Positions 25,765-35,710 of a stretch of DNA of 64,000 bases are shown piece after piece (the stretch's first letter is position 1; every line of letters begins with the position of its first letter). Location of the stretch: positions 11,019-75,018 of the forward strand of contig CAZYTL010000006.1 in the NCBI GenBank assembly GCA_964650355.1, read 5' to 3'. Both the position numbers and the translations under genes were made by a program. Source of the DNA: an uncultured Gammaproteobacteria bacterium (GTDB taxonomy: Bacteria; Patescibacteriota; Microgenomatia; CAYXHB01; CAZYTL01). The notes beneath the pieces were generated by a model, which made no database searches, was not told where the DNA came from, and saw nothing but the letters and a program-made list of their open reading frames with translations.

Positions 25765-26277
25765 TTGGTATATAATCCAGGTATGGGGATTTATTTGAGT
25801 CGAAAGTATGTGGAGTGGATTGACGTGGTGAAGGTGCTGCAGAAATGCTCGGTGGTGAATAGTGAAGGGAAGATTCTGGCTGTGAAACGCAGGAGTGGAG
25901 CTCATGTGCGGCCGAATAAGTGGGATTTGCCCGGAGGTAACCTAGACCCGGAAGACATTGCCAACCGAAGTTTTAAAAGCGGGAAAGGTGATGATGATGA
26001 TATTTTGGTTCAGGCAGTGAAGAGGGAGGTGCAAGAAGAGACAGGTCTGAAAGCGGCCAAGGGATCGATGAAGTCGATTCATGCGGCGTCGGGGTTTGAC
26101 GAGAACAAGAAGTTATTGGCGATCGGGATCGGTTATCAGTGCAGAGTCACAGATTCTAAGGTGAAGTTAAGCAAAGAGCACCAAGATTTCAAATGGGTGA
26201 CGAAGGAGGAGTTTTTGCAACTGGATGTGGGTGATGACGGAGGATTGATTAAGGGGATTGTGGAGAAGGTGAAGTGA
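25765..26277 (+). CDS. NUDIX hydrolase
   Basis: Nudix box GG-x5-E-x7-REVQEETGL. Confidence 0.75.
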   Translation: MVYNPGMGIYLSRKYVEWIDVVKVLQKCSVVNSEGKILAVKRRSGAHVRPNKWDLPGGNLDPEDIANRSFKSGKGDDDDILVQAVKREVQEETGLKAAKGSMKSIHAASGFDENKKLLAIGIGYQCRVTDSKVKLSKEHQDFKWVTKEEFLQLDVGDDGGLIKGIVEKVK

Positions 26278-26347
26278 AGATAATGTCTTGTCCCTGGAGA
26301 TTTATAGCGTTTGGTTAAAGTTAGAGATTCCCTAGACAGTTAATGAA

Positions 26348-27139
26348 TTGCGGATCAGCAAAGATTTAAGTATGATTAATTTAGGGAACGATGGTATGAA
26401 AAACTTGCTGCGGAGGTTTATTTATCCCAATATAATCTGGTGGCCATTAATAGCTATATTCGTGGGTTGGTTTTATAAATCTGGTTGGTCTTTGTATTGG
26501 GGAGGACCCTGGTTAAGATCTTTATTTAGATTTTTTTATTATCCGTTTGTGTTTTTGCCTAAATCTTTTTTTATAGGAGGACGTGATATTTTTGACTTTA
26601 AAATACCTCAAATAATAGGGGCATTTTTAGTTGTCATGTTAACTGCAGTCGGATGGGGATGGTTGGTGAGGACTTTAGTAAAGAGATTGAAATTAAAAGA
26701 GATTCTTTTCTTACCTATAACAGTGATTCTTTTATGCGGATTAGGTTTGATAGGTCATTGGAGTTATATGAATAACTGTGTGGCTAATTACGAAAATAAC
26801 TCTGCTTACCTACACCATACAGGGTTAGTCCATTTTGTGTTTAGTTCTCAGGGTATTTCGTCAACAATGGCTGATTATTTCTATCAAATGAATAATATGG
26901 AGTATATTTCCGGCAAACCTGATTATACAAGAATTATCGCCAAAGTTACTCCGGGTACAGAATTCAAAACGATATGCAAGATTAAGGCCTATGATCGAAT
27001 ATCTGAGGTGACCAGGCCGTTAATTGTCGAGGACGTGATTTTTGGTCCCAATCAAGACATTAGAGAGAATCTAGACTCTAGCTTCTGTGACACCGGGCAA
27101 ATTGAAAAGAATCAATGTCTGGAGTATTTGAATAGATAA
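26348..27139 (+). CDS. hypothetical integral membrane protein
   Basis: Several hydrophobic helices. AT-rich gene with no recognised family. Confidence 0.45.
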   Translation: MRISKDLSMINLGNDGMKNLLRRFIYPNIIWWPLIAIFVGWFYKSGWSLYWGGPWLRSLFRFFYYPFVFLPKSFFIGGRDIFDFKIPQIIGAFLVVMLTAVGWGWLVRTLVKRLKLKEILFLPITVILLCGLGLIGHWSYMNNCVANYENNSAYLHHTGLVHFVFSSQGISSTMADYFYQMNNMEYISGKPDYTRIIAKVTPGTEFKTICKIKAYDRISEVTRPLIVEDVIFGPNQDIRENLDSSFCDTGQIEKNQCLEYLNR

Positions 27140-27238
27140 GTTGTTTCTATCAGAGGAATTTGCGAATTGAACTTGAGAGATGGAGGATTGATTAAAGAGA
27201 TTGTGGAGAAGGTGATGATCGTTAAGATGGCCCAAAAA

Positions 27239-27877
27239 CTATAAATTTATTTGTTCGCCTTTTCCAATGAGTTTGACGGTTTGGTCTTGAACTAAAAGAG
27301 CTTGGTCGTTGGTAAGTAGACGAACCGGGTATGGGGATTTGTGGCTGCCAGATTTGATTTCGGGATGTTGATCCTCGGAATAATGGGCTTTGATTAAAAA
27401 AGGCACCAGGTTCATGGCGGTTAAATCGGTGACTCCATAACGATTCCAGGGTTTGGAACTCCAGGTATGCATTTCTAAACTGGGACAAGCCAGATAGCTA
27501 CCGCCGCTTTTACCGATGTAAATTAGTTTTCCTTGTTCGACTAGTTGCTTGCCTAATTTAAGGAAACCTGTACGACGAGCATGTTTAAGAAGATAGAAGC
27601 CGTTTCCGCCTTGAACATACACAATTTGTTTTTTTGCCAGTTGCGATTTCAGTTGATGGGGTTCGATTTGAGCCAAGTCGATTTCTACTACGTGAAAGCC
27701 CAGGCAGTTCATGATGAAAACCTCATTTTGGGCGTTGGAGTCATCGGCAATCACTTTGGAAGCCGTGGAGATGTAGGCGACTTGGTAGTGGCTTGGTTTT
27801 TCCGGCAATGCCCTAAGAATTTCTTCCCTAATAATGGGGCGAATAAAACCAGAGGAGGTAAGAATAAGAGTTTTCAT
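27239..27877 (-). CDS. peptidase S51 (dipeptidase E/cyanophycinase-like)
   Basis: Length and motif pattern (YVQGGNGFYLLKH...IYIGKSGGSYLACPS) fit the PepE-like class I glutamine amidotransferase-like fold. Confidence 0.55.
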   Translation of the reverse strand: MKTLILTSSGFIRPIIREEILRALPEKPSHYQVAYISTASKVIADDSNAQNEVFIMNCLGFHVVEIDLAQIEPHQLKSQLAKKQIVYVQGGNGFYLLKHARRTGFLKLGKQLVEQGKLIYIGKSGGSYLACPSLEMHTWSSKPWNRYGVTDLTAMNLVPFLIKAHYSEDQHPEIKSGSHKSPYPVRLLTNDQALLVQDQTVKLIGKGEQINL

Positions 27878-28032
27878 AAGATTCCTATCAAAAGTTTAAC
27901 ATGAATAGTTTGTAGGTTAGAATCCAGATTTTTGTTTAGTTCGAACTACGGACTATTTATTTTGAATAACGGTTGCGATAATTTGTTTTTTAATATCTTG
28001 TAACTTCTTGGAGGATTTTGTAAGGTGAGGTA

Positions 28033-29082
28033 ATGAAAAAATATACTTATAAACGCACCCGGGAGATTAAGGATTTACTGAAGCGGATTGAACGGGTGCA
28101 GGTGCTAGTTGCGGAGCTGCCGGTGGGGCCTTATCGGGAGGAGTCTTTGCGGCGGGCGTCTTTATTAAAAAGTTCTTTGTTTTCAGCCAAGATCGAAGGC
28201 AATCCTTTGAAGTTGAAAGAGATCTCATTGGAGTCGTTAAACAAGAGCAAGTCTAAGGCCAAGGACCAACTGGAAGTGGCCAATGTATTGCGGGGATTGC
28301 GGTGGATTAGAAGTAAGAGAAGCCCCAGGCGGTTGTCGCTGAAATTGTTAAGAGAGTTGCACGGGATCGTGATGAAAAATCTAGCTGGAGACGCAGGGCA
28401 ATTAAGAACTCAACCATCAGGAATTTTTACCCACGCCGGAGTGGCAGTGCGCTTAAATCCATCGCCGCAACAGATCAAATCCTGGTTAAAAGACTGGTTG
28501 GTATGGGTGAAGTCCTTGGTAAAGACAGAGCCGATTCCCGTAGTCGCGGCATTGGCGCATTTGGGTTTGGAAAAGATTCACCCGTTCAGAGACGGGAACG
28601 GCAGGGTAGGGCGGCTGGTTAGCCAGTTTATTCTGGATAGAGGAAACTCCGCCTCGACCCGCGGAAGCCAGTCGACGCGAGACAGGTATGATTTTAAAGG
28701 GCTGGTATCGTTTGAGGAGTATGTGGCTAATCACCGAACCGCTTATTATGATTTATTGGCTGAAGATAAAAAGGTAGCTACGGAGTGGGTGGGGTTCTTT
28801 TTGGAAGCGATAGCTGAATCCGGGGAAAAGACGGTCACGAAGTTGAAGAGAAGGTCGAACAAGAAAAAACGACTGGCTAAGGCGGAGGAGAAGCTGTTGC
28901 CCCGGCGAAAAGAGCTGTTAGAGATCATGCGAGATCACAAACTGGTGTCGTTTGATTTTCTGCAAAGACGGTTTGCCAAGATTAATCAGTACACGTTAAG
29001 GTATGACTTACGGCAGTTAATGAAAGCGGGATTGGTAAAGAAGTTAGGCGGCACCAGGGGAGCCAGGTATGAGGCTGCGTGA
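28033..29082 (+). CDS. Fic/DOC family protein with C-terminal winged-helix domain
   Basis: Fic motif HPFRDGNGRVGR. The C-terminal region (LLEIMRDHKLVSFDFLQRRFAKINQYTLRYDLRQLMKAGLV) is winged-helix-like. Confidence 0.8.
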   Translation: MKKYTYKRTREIKDLLKRIERVQVLVAELPVGPYREESLRRASLLKSSLFSAKIEGNPLKLKEISLESLNKSKSKAKDQLEVANVLRGLRWIRSKRSPRRLSLKLLRELHGIVMKNLAGDAGQLRTQPSGIFTHAGVAVRLNPSPQQIKSWLKDWLVWVKSLVKTEPIPVVAALAHLGLEKIHPFRDGNGRVGRLVSQFILDRGNSASTRGSQSTRDRYDFKGLVSFEEYVANHRTAYYDLLAEDKKVATEWVGFFLEAIAESGEKTVTKLKRRSNKKKRLAKAEEKLLPRRKELLEIMRDHKLVSFDFLQRRFAKINQYTLRYDLRQLMKAGLVKKLGGTRGARYEAA

Positions 29083-29091
29083 TACAATGCA

Positions 29092-29553
29092 ATGGTAAAT
29101 CTGGTTATGAAGACGAAGGATAAGGCTAAATTCAATATTGTGCTGGTAGTAGGAGCGGTGGTGAAGGACGGAAAGGTGTTAATTGGACAACGGAGTTGGG
29201 ATGAGGTGCAGGCCCCAGGTGTATGGTCTTTACCCGGCGGCAAGGTGGAGGTGCAAGGGGAATTTAACAGCGGAGTGATTGAGAAGGCTTTGAAGAGAGA
29301 AATTATGGAAGAGATGGGGGTAAAAGTAGAAGATGAAATAGTTTATATCCGCAGCGGGTCGTTTGTTCGGGTGGATGGAGCGCCGGTAGTGGTCCTACTG
29401 TTTGCGTGCAAATGGAAATCAGGAGAGCCCAAACCATTGGAAGATACGATTGAGGTAGCTTGGGTAGGAAAGAAGGATTTGGATAAGTATGAGTGGGCAG
29501 CGGGGATAAAGGAAGCGGTGAAGCTGGTGTTGGAGAGGTCGAAGGCAAGATAA
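29092..29553 (+). CDS. NUDIX hydrolase
   Basis: Nudix box PGGKVE-x7-ALKREIMEEMGV. Confidence 0.75.
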   Translation: MVNLVMKTKDKAKFNIVLVVGAVVKDGKVLIGQRSWDEVQAPGVWSLPGGKVEVQGEFNSGVIEKALKREIMEEMGVKVEDEIVYIRSGSFVRVDGAPVVVLLFACKWKSGEPKPLEDTIEVAWVGKKDLDKYEWAAGIKEAVKLVLERSKAR

Positions 29554-29617
29554 AATGAAAGAGGAGACAACTAAATAATTCGTTTAACTTATTGGGGGAA
29601 TGCAAAAAATAAAAAGT

Positions 29618-32600
29618 TTATAGCTGAAGCCATTCTAAGTAGTCAAGACTATTGACAAGATGGTCGGAACTAAGATCGATTATGGAATGAGGTTTTTTCT
29701 GGCCCCATGTTTGGAGTAGGATTTGAATATCGAAGACATTTATGTTGCCATCATCGTTAAAGTCTCCCTTTAAATTTGGGGGAGACCAGGCACCAGTATG
29801 CCTCTCGTCGTGAAGATATTGTGGCCATTCAAGGGAGTCAATTTCTGAATCTAGGTTAAATACGTACAGTTCTATTCTGCTCGAATTCCTGTAGGTAGTT
29901 ATCACTTCTCCATGTCTATCCAGTTCTAGGTCGGTGAGGATCGGAGTATCCTTAGATGTTGGAGGACCGAGGAGTTTCGGATAGCCTGGGTGTTGGGTAA
30001 CTCCTTCAGCATGGTATTCGAGAATGGTAAAGCCCTTGCTGGCACCTTGACTTCTGCCGATGGTACCGAAGGAGATGATATCCTGAAGCTGGTTTTTTCC
30101 AATGTCAGCTATGACATTTGAAGCAGAATATGGATAATCTAATCGTTGAGGAAAAGGTGGAAGTCCAACTAGACGCTGGCCATTTTTATCCAGAACAATC
30201 CAGTTTCCGGATAAATCCTGTACCAAAATTTCTGGAAGTTTATCGTTATTAATGTCGGCTAAAAGCAGATCGGTGAAGGGGATCTCTACATCTTTAAACT
30301 GTTTAGGCCAATTCGATAAGTATTGGCCTTCTGAGTTAAATACGTGAATTGTAATAATTGGCTGCGGATGGGTGGGATCAGTTCTATCTAGCTTCCCGGC
30401 AGCAATGATTAATTCAGCTTTTTGATTGTTGTCCAGGTCCCCCAAGACAAAGTTCAGATTGGCGTAAATTCCCATATCGATGATTACGGGCCAACCGCTA
30501 TCATTCAGTTTTTGTCCTGCTGCATTATAGGCATAAAAATAATATTTATTTGAAGATATGGTGTGATCAAAGCTGATGGAATATAAAACGATGTCTTTTA
30601 AACCATCACCATTTAGGTCAGCTACTTGGGGAGAATGGAAACTATTGGTCAAGCTATCAAATTTGGGAATAATGACAGGGAAACCAGTAAGATTATTCCC
30701 CTGCGCATCCCAAGCGTATAACTTTTGATCTACACCACTTAAGGCAATTGAATCAAGGAAAATAATTTCAGGTTGGCCATCTTGGTTAAGGTCGTCTGCG
30801 ACAGCACCATATTCAAGTGATTGCTTATTCCCAACGGGAAGGGCACCGAATGGCCAAACAGACTCACCTTGACCATCAAGGGCTAATATGCCTCTTTGGT
30901 GGCTGTCGTTGATCAATGTTTCACCTGGAATAATAATTTCCAGGCCCGGTGAAGGAGAGATATCTGCCAAAATGGGCTCAGCACTAACATAAATAACATG
31001 ATCTGACAAAGAGGATATTTGTTTAGGCCATCCGGGAAGACTTGTTCCCGAAGGGTTGAAGGCATAAAGTTGGGAACGACTTTCGCCTGTAGCGGTTAAG
31101 ATATCTTGACAGTGGATAATGATTTCTTTGAGCAGATCACCATTAATATCGCCTACAATCGGCCGGGAACAATGCTCGGCATCGCCAGGTTGAAGTGGGA
31201 TAGTTATAGGCCAATTTGGCTTTAAGTCTGAGTCGATCTGAAAAGGCTGGGAGGTACTGTTAGAGTAATTGTTGGTAGTGACTGTGAGTTTAAGCAGATA
31301 ATTTCCTGCTGATAAGCCAGGAATTTCCCATATTCCTAAGATGTTGTTATCCACCCGTGAGTTACCTGAGATACCTGTTTCGTGCCACGTTGTAGGGCTG
31401 GTGGCTGATGTGTATTGGATTTGATAGGTGAGGGGTTCAGGGCCGATGACCGTGCCTCTGATGGTTAATTTGCCCTTGGATGCGACTAGCTGGTTATTCC
31501 TGGGGCTATTGATGGCTACTTTAAGAGGTGGTTCCGTGTGCTTAATCTCTGAAAGTGCCCGAAAAGCATTTAGTCGGCCATATCCGAATCTGGTGTCAAA
31601 ACCAGGGGGGCCCAGATCATCTGCGGTATTGAGGAGAATATTTCTTACTTTATCAGGAGAAGTAATCAGCGTAGGCTCTTGGGCGATTACCAACCCTGCG
31701 ACGGCCGCAACATGGGGAGTAGCAAATGAGGTGCCGTTTGCGCGCCAATATTTGAGACTGTCTTCAGGAGGATTGCCCGCTAATGAGAGAGAATCCCAAA
31801 ATGCTTCTGACTCGCATGCCGGATGAGTACAATTTTGGGCGGCAATCAAAGGAATGGTGCCGCCGTCGCTCACCGATACCGAGTTGCCACCCGGGGCTGA
31901 CAGATCGATTTGTTCACCGTAGTTAGAATAGGGGGCGATATGATCACTTTGGTCTGTGGCTGATACAGCTATTACTTGTTCGTATGACGCAGGTGCAACG
32001 TTGGCAATATCTCGGTTATCATTGCCGGCCGCGGCTACCATCACTATATGGTGGTCATAAGCATATGCGACTGCTAATCGCAGACTCTCATCCGCAGTAT
32101 CAGTGTAGGTACCAAAACTCATGTTAATAATATTGGCCCCATGATCAGCCGCGTAGATGATTGAGTTGGCAACGGTGGAGGAGTCACCGCCATTGGGGCC
32201 AAGAGCCTTGATCACTAATAGCTTAGTTTCCCAGAGTATCCCTGCTAATCCTACTTGATTGTTGGTTTTTGCACCTATAATACTGGCTACAGCTGTTCCG
32301 TGGCCGTTACTATCTTGAGGTTCTGAATCGTTTTCATAAAAGTCGTACCCCTTGAGGATTTGTACTCCCTCGAAATCTTTATGGAGGAATGAAGCGTCAA
32401 AATCAAAACCGGTATCGATGATGGCAATGGTGATCTCTGGTGCGCCTGTTTGTAAATCCCAAGCCTCAGGTACTTTTATCTGTTTTAGACTCCACTGATA
32501 GTCAAACGGCGGATTCCATTGGAGCTTTTGGGTATCTGTTCTGTTTTCCGGTGTGTCTCTGATAAAGGGGTCATTTGATAAAATAGCCGGGGTATAAAGA

Positions 32601-33247
32601 TAGTTTGGATGCGCATATTCGATTAAAGGGTGAGATTGCAATTGGCGAACTTTTGAGCTGACGGGAATGTCTTTATCAAAACTAATTTTATAAGTGCGAG
32701 AGAGGTCTGACTCTAAAAATTTTTGCTGCTTACCGCTTTGGGCAAGTAGACTGGAGTTTATTTGAGTAAGGTTTTTTTGAGGATTAGAGTGCCCTTTAAA
32801 AATTTTGTCTACTTTGGTGATTCTTTGCTGTTGGAGAAAACTGACGAGAGACCTGCTTGACGAGTCAGTGGTCTCTAATTCATTGATAGTTATCTCTGCT
32901 TGGTCTAGATTTTTTCCACTAGCTTTTATTGCTTGTTTAACGGATAGTTCAACTTTCGTTCTAATGAGTATTTCTCCTTTGACATAATTAGGAGGTGTCA
33001 TTGCCGACGCCGATAGGGTTGAGAAGGATAAGTTGTTTGGTTTATTTTGTGCAACTTGGGCATGAGTGATAAGAGGAATAAATAAGAGAAGGGAAATTGT
33101 TGTTAGGTAGATTAAAGTTTTACTTGAATAGGAGATTTTAACCATCAAGTCATTATTGAATACCCGATTAAGTAAGTCAAAACTAGTTTCTCGTTTATTA
33201 AATTTCAATATTGTACTTGTGATGAGGGCGGTGGTGAAGAGCGGCAA
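29618..33247 (-). CDS. subtilisin-like S8 serine peptidase with FG-GAP/beta-propeller repeats and C-terminal dockerin-like module
   Basis: - Catalytic triad motifs AIIDTGFD, NGHGTAVASI and GTSFATPHVAAVAGL.
- Repeated D-x-N-x-D-G-x-x-E/D calcium-binding-loop motifs (DINGDLLKEIII, DLNQDGQPEIIF, DLNGDGLKDIVL).
- The C-terminus (GDFNDDGNINVFDIQILL) resembles a dockerin repeat.
- The signal/TM segment suggests the true start is near Met35. Confidence 0.8.
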   Translation of the reverse strand: MPLFTTALITSTILKFNKRETSFDLLNRVFNNDLMVKISYSSKTLIYLTTISLLLFIPLITHAQVAQNKPNNLSFSTLSASAMTPPNYVKGEILIRTKVELSVKQAIKASGKNLDQAEITINELETTDSSSRSLVSFLQQQRITKVDKIFKGHSNPQKNLTQINSSLLAQSGKQQKFLESDLSRTYKISFDKDIPVSSKVRQLQSHPLIEYAHPNYLYTPAILSNDPFIRDTPENRTDTQKLQWNPPFDYQWSLKQIKVPEAWDLQTGAPEITIAIIDTGFDFDASFLHKDFEGVQILKGYDFYENDSEPQDSNGHGTAVASIIGAKTNNQVGLAGILWETKLLVIKALGPNGGDSSTVANSIIYAADHGANIINMSFGTYTDTADESLRLAVAYAYDHHIVMVAAAGNDNRDIANVAPASYEQVIAVSATDQSDHIAPYSNYGEQIDLSAPGGNSVSVSDGGTIPLIAAQNCTHPACESEAFWDSLSLAGNPPEDSLKYWRANGTSFATPHVAAVAGLVIAQEPTLITSPDKVRNILLNTADDLGPPGFDTRFGYGRLNAFRALSEIKHTEPPLKVAINSPRNNQLVASKGKLTIRGTVIGPEPLTYQIQYTSATSPTTWHETGISGNSRVDNNILGIWEIPGLSAGNYLLKLTVTTNNYSNSTSQPFQIDSDLKPNWPITIPLQPGDAEHCSRPIVGDINGDLLKEIIIHCQDILTATGESRSQLYAFNPSGTSLPGWPKQISSLSDHVIYVSAEPILADISPSPGLEIIIPGETLINDSHQRGILALDGQGESVWPFGALPVGNKQSLEYGAVADDLNQDGQPEIIFLDSIALSGVDQKLYAWDAQGNNLTGFPVIIPKFDSLTNSFHSPQVADLNGDGLKDIVLYSISFDHTISSNKYYFYAYNAAGQKLNDSGWPVIIDMGIYANLNFVLGDLDNNQKAELIIAAGKLDRTDPTHPQPIITIHVFNSEGQYLSNWPKQFKDVEIPFTDLLLADINNDKLPEILVQDLSGNWIVLDKNGQRLVGLPPFPQRLDYPYSASNVIADIGKNQLQDIISFGTIGRSQGASKGFTILEYHAEGVTQHPGYPKLLGPPTSKDTPILTDLELDRHGEVITTYRNSSRIELYVFNLDSEIDSLEWPQYLHDERHTGAWSPPNLKGDFNDDGNINVFDIQILLQTWGQKKPHSIIDLSSDHLVNSLDYLEWLQL

Positions 33248-33329
33248 CGCAGGTAGGGGTGGTTCAGGCTAAATTTTACTAAAGTGGACTTTACTAGATT
33301 TTTAGTGGTTAAAGGTTAGAATACGGTTA

Positions 33330-34047
33330 ATGGCGATTGAGATTGAGCTTCACCCTGCTCAGGCGGAGGTGTTAAAGATATTATTGTTTAGACCGAAGGC
33401 GCGATTCAGGGATTTGAATCTGACGGGGTTAACCAATGATCATTTTACCTGGCATTTGAATAGATTAGTGGAAGTGGGTTTGGTGGAGAAAACAGGAAAA
33501 GGAGAATATCGATTGTCAGTGCAAGGCAAAGAGTTTGCCAATCGCATGGATTCGGAGACGGTCAAGATTGAGAAACAAGCAAAAATAGCAGTGCTAATCG
33601 TGTGTGTGCGGGCAAAAAACGGAAAAACGGAGTATTTTGCAACAACGGTTAAAACAGCCGTATTTTGGATTCTATGGCTTTGTGAGCGGAAAAGTGAAGT
33701 GGGGAGAGTTGGTGGAAGAAGCTGGCAAACGGGAGTTGTGGGAAGAAACCGGCTTGAAAGGCGAACCGCAGTTGACAGGCATCGAGCACAAGGTGGATTA
33801 TGATGGTGGCGGGAAATTATTAGAGGATAAGTTCTTTTACATCATGCGGGTGGACCTGCCTGCACAGGCAGGTGAGCCGGAAGGCCAACTGGTGGCTGAT
33901 TTTGAAGGCGGTAAAAATGTGTGGGTGGAAGAAGGCAAAATAAAGCAGATAGAGAAATTGTTTCAGGATGTGTTGGAAATTATTGAGATAGTGAAGAAAC
34001 GAGGAGTACAGATTTGGGAGCAGAGGTATACGGAAAAGGAATATTAG
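33330..34047 (+). pseudogene. wHTH-NUDIX fusion regulator/hydrolase disrupted by a frameshift near 33614-33650
   Basis: Frame 1 encodes a winged-helix N-terminus ending ...KIAVLIVCVRAKNGKTEYF. The Nudix box (GKVKWGELVEEAGKRELWEETGL) continues in the +1 frame. The shift falls in an A6/A5 homopolymer region. Confidence 0.5.
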
Positions 34048-34537
34048 AGGATTTTAGTAAGAAAAGACCGGGGAGAGATTTAACTGATGATTGAAGAATA
34101 TCAGCGGTGCTCTTGAATCGGGTTGGTGATCTGCATATAATGACAGGATTCTATTTGTGTGGTGATGATGATATGGGAAGGAATCGCGGATCAGGTGAAT
34201 TTGATTGTGCCGGTGTTTGTTATGTTGGCAATGAGAAAATGGCAGTATTGACCCAACGCGTTCAAGTAGGAAAATTTATAAATGGTAGACCTACCTGCGA
34301 TTTCTTGGCGGGGACTGGTATTTGCACTCTGGGGCCAAGCGTGTTTGGACAAGGAACAAGACGGAGAGGAAAAATATATTTACAAAGTGTGAAGGCTAAT
34401 TTCGATATAGATGACAGAGTGTCGGGTACAGAATGCGAGGTGCGGGGGGCTCGACCGGCACCTGGCGCACCTAATCCGGGAATAAGGTAGAAAGTGAGGC
34501 GTCGATCGGTTTCCAGAGGCTGATGTTGTTTAAGTTC

Positions 34538-34852
34538 CTAATCTGGGGTGAATTTAATTTGGAGATGCTTGTTCGTTGCATCGGCAACGCGGTAGAGGGT
34601 TTCCAGGGTGATGTTTTGCTGCCCGCTTTCCATTCGGGAAATAAATTCCCGTTTGACTTGCATTTTAGAGGCCAAGTTTTGCTGGGAGAGTTTAGCACTT
34701 TTTCTTAAGGCACGAATAGCCATGGCCACTTGAAGGTATTTGGCTTTGGACAAGATTTGCTGTTGGTCTTTTTGGGAATAACTATCAAAGACTTGGTTGT
34801 AGGTGATGAGATCGCCGTCTTTGATGGCTTGGTTGACTTTTTGTTTATTCAT
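34538..34852 (-). CDS. HTH XRE-family antitoxin (HigA-like)
   Basis: HTH motif LSQQNLASKMQVKREFISRMESGQQNITLETLYRVADA. Overlaps the upstream toxin gene by 8 nt. Confidence 0.6.
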   Translation of the reverse strand: MNKQKVNQAIKDGDLITYNQVFDSYSQKDQQQILSKAKYLQVAMAIRALRKSAKLSQQNLASKMQVKREFISRMESGQQNITLETLYRVADATNKHLQIKFTPD

Positions 34853-35156
34853 AGGCGTGTAATCTTTGTTTGGCTAGTTTAAGATTTTTTAATGGTGTTT
34901 TCTGGGTTTTCTTTTGGAAAAAATGCAGGATGATGATGTGGTCCTGCCAAACGTAGGCATAAAATCCTCGGAAGGTACCCTGGCTTGAGACTCGCATTTC
35001 AAATAGGTTTGGGCCAACTTTTTTAGCTTCGGGGGGTTCGAGCCGACCGAGCTCTTTTAGAACTTGGATTAAGGCTAAAAAGTCTGTCTGGACTCTTTTA
35101 CTAAAATTTTTAAGTTCTTTTTGCGCTCGTTTGTCGAAGAGGATTTGTTTGGGCAT
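34845..35156 (-). CDS. RelE/ParE-superfamily toxin, phage Gp49/HigB-like
   Basis: FEMRVSSQGTFRGFYAYVWQDHIIILHFFQKKTQKTP matches the Gp49-like/HigB pattern. A toxin-first arrangement with a downstream XRE antitoxin is typical of HigBA. Confidence 0.6.
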   Translation of the reverse strand: MPKQILFDKRAQKELKNFSKRVQTDFLALIQVLKELGRLEPPEAKKVGPNLFEMRVSSQGTFRGFYAYVWQDHIIILHFFQKKTQKTPLKNLKLAKQRLHAYE

Positions 35157-35314
35157 GGTTAATGTAACTTAAAAGTTACTACTTGTCAAGTAACTATTGT
35201 GCGTAAGTTTTCCCTAATTTCAAACTAGGTTGAATTTTACTCGAAGTCAAATGGGGTTTGGCGAGACCCTAAAAGTATGAAGTAAGAGTAGGGTGGTGAA
35301 TTCTCTGAGAGATT

Positions 35315-35686
35315 TTAGGGGTTACTATTTCCCATGTCTACTGCAACTTTCCACTTGCCGTCGGATTGCTTCCGCCAGATATTGAGATATTTTCCCTTTA
35401 TTTCTTTGCCGTTTTCAAGGGTAATAGTATACATTCCCCAGGTGTATCCCAGATCGCCTGATCGGGCAACTATGGCTGTCTGAGGCTCCCAAGTTAAGAC
35501 TTCTTTTTCGTCTGTCTGCATGGCTTGGCTGATGGCCTCAACTCCGGTTACGGGATTCTGGTTATTAGGAAGCATGATGGCATCTTTAACCAAGTATTGG
35601 GCAAAAGCATGGGAAGCACCTTTTTCCTGGGACAACCGGGAAAATGCTCTGTCAGCGGCGAGTAATTCTTCGGTTTCTTTGGACAT
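35315..35686 (-). CDS. SnoaL-like/NTF2-like (DUF4440-type) protein
   Basis: Size and pattern (ADRAFSRLSQEKGASHAFAQYL...GKYLNIWRKQSDGKWKVAVDM) fit the NTF2-like fold. Confidence 0.45.
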   Translation of the reverse strand: MSKETEELLAADRAFSRLSQEKGASHAFAQYLVKDAIMLPNNQNPVTGVEAISQAMQTDEKEVLTWEPQTAIVARSGDLGYTWGMYTITLENGKEIKGKYLNIWRKQSDGKWKVAVDMGNSNP

Positions 35687-35710
35687 ATGTTGCTTTTATG
35701 TCGCTACTCA

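Noticed and set aside
34107-34490. Plus-strand 127-aa ORF between the NUDIX pseudogene and higA
   Set aside because: Low-complexity G/R/C-rich translation with no SD. It is probably non-coding spacer.
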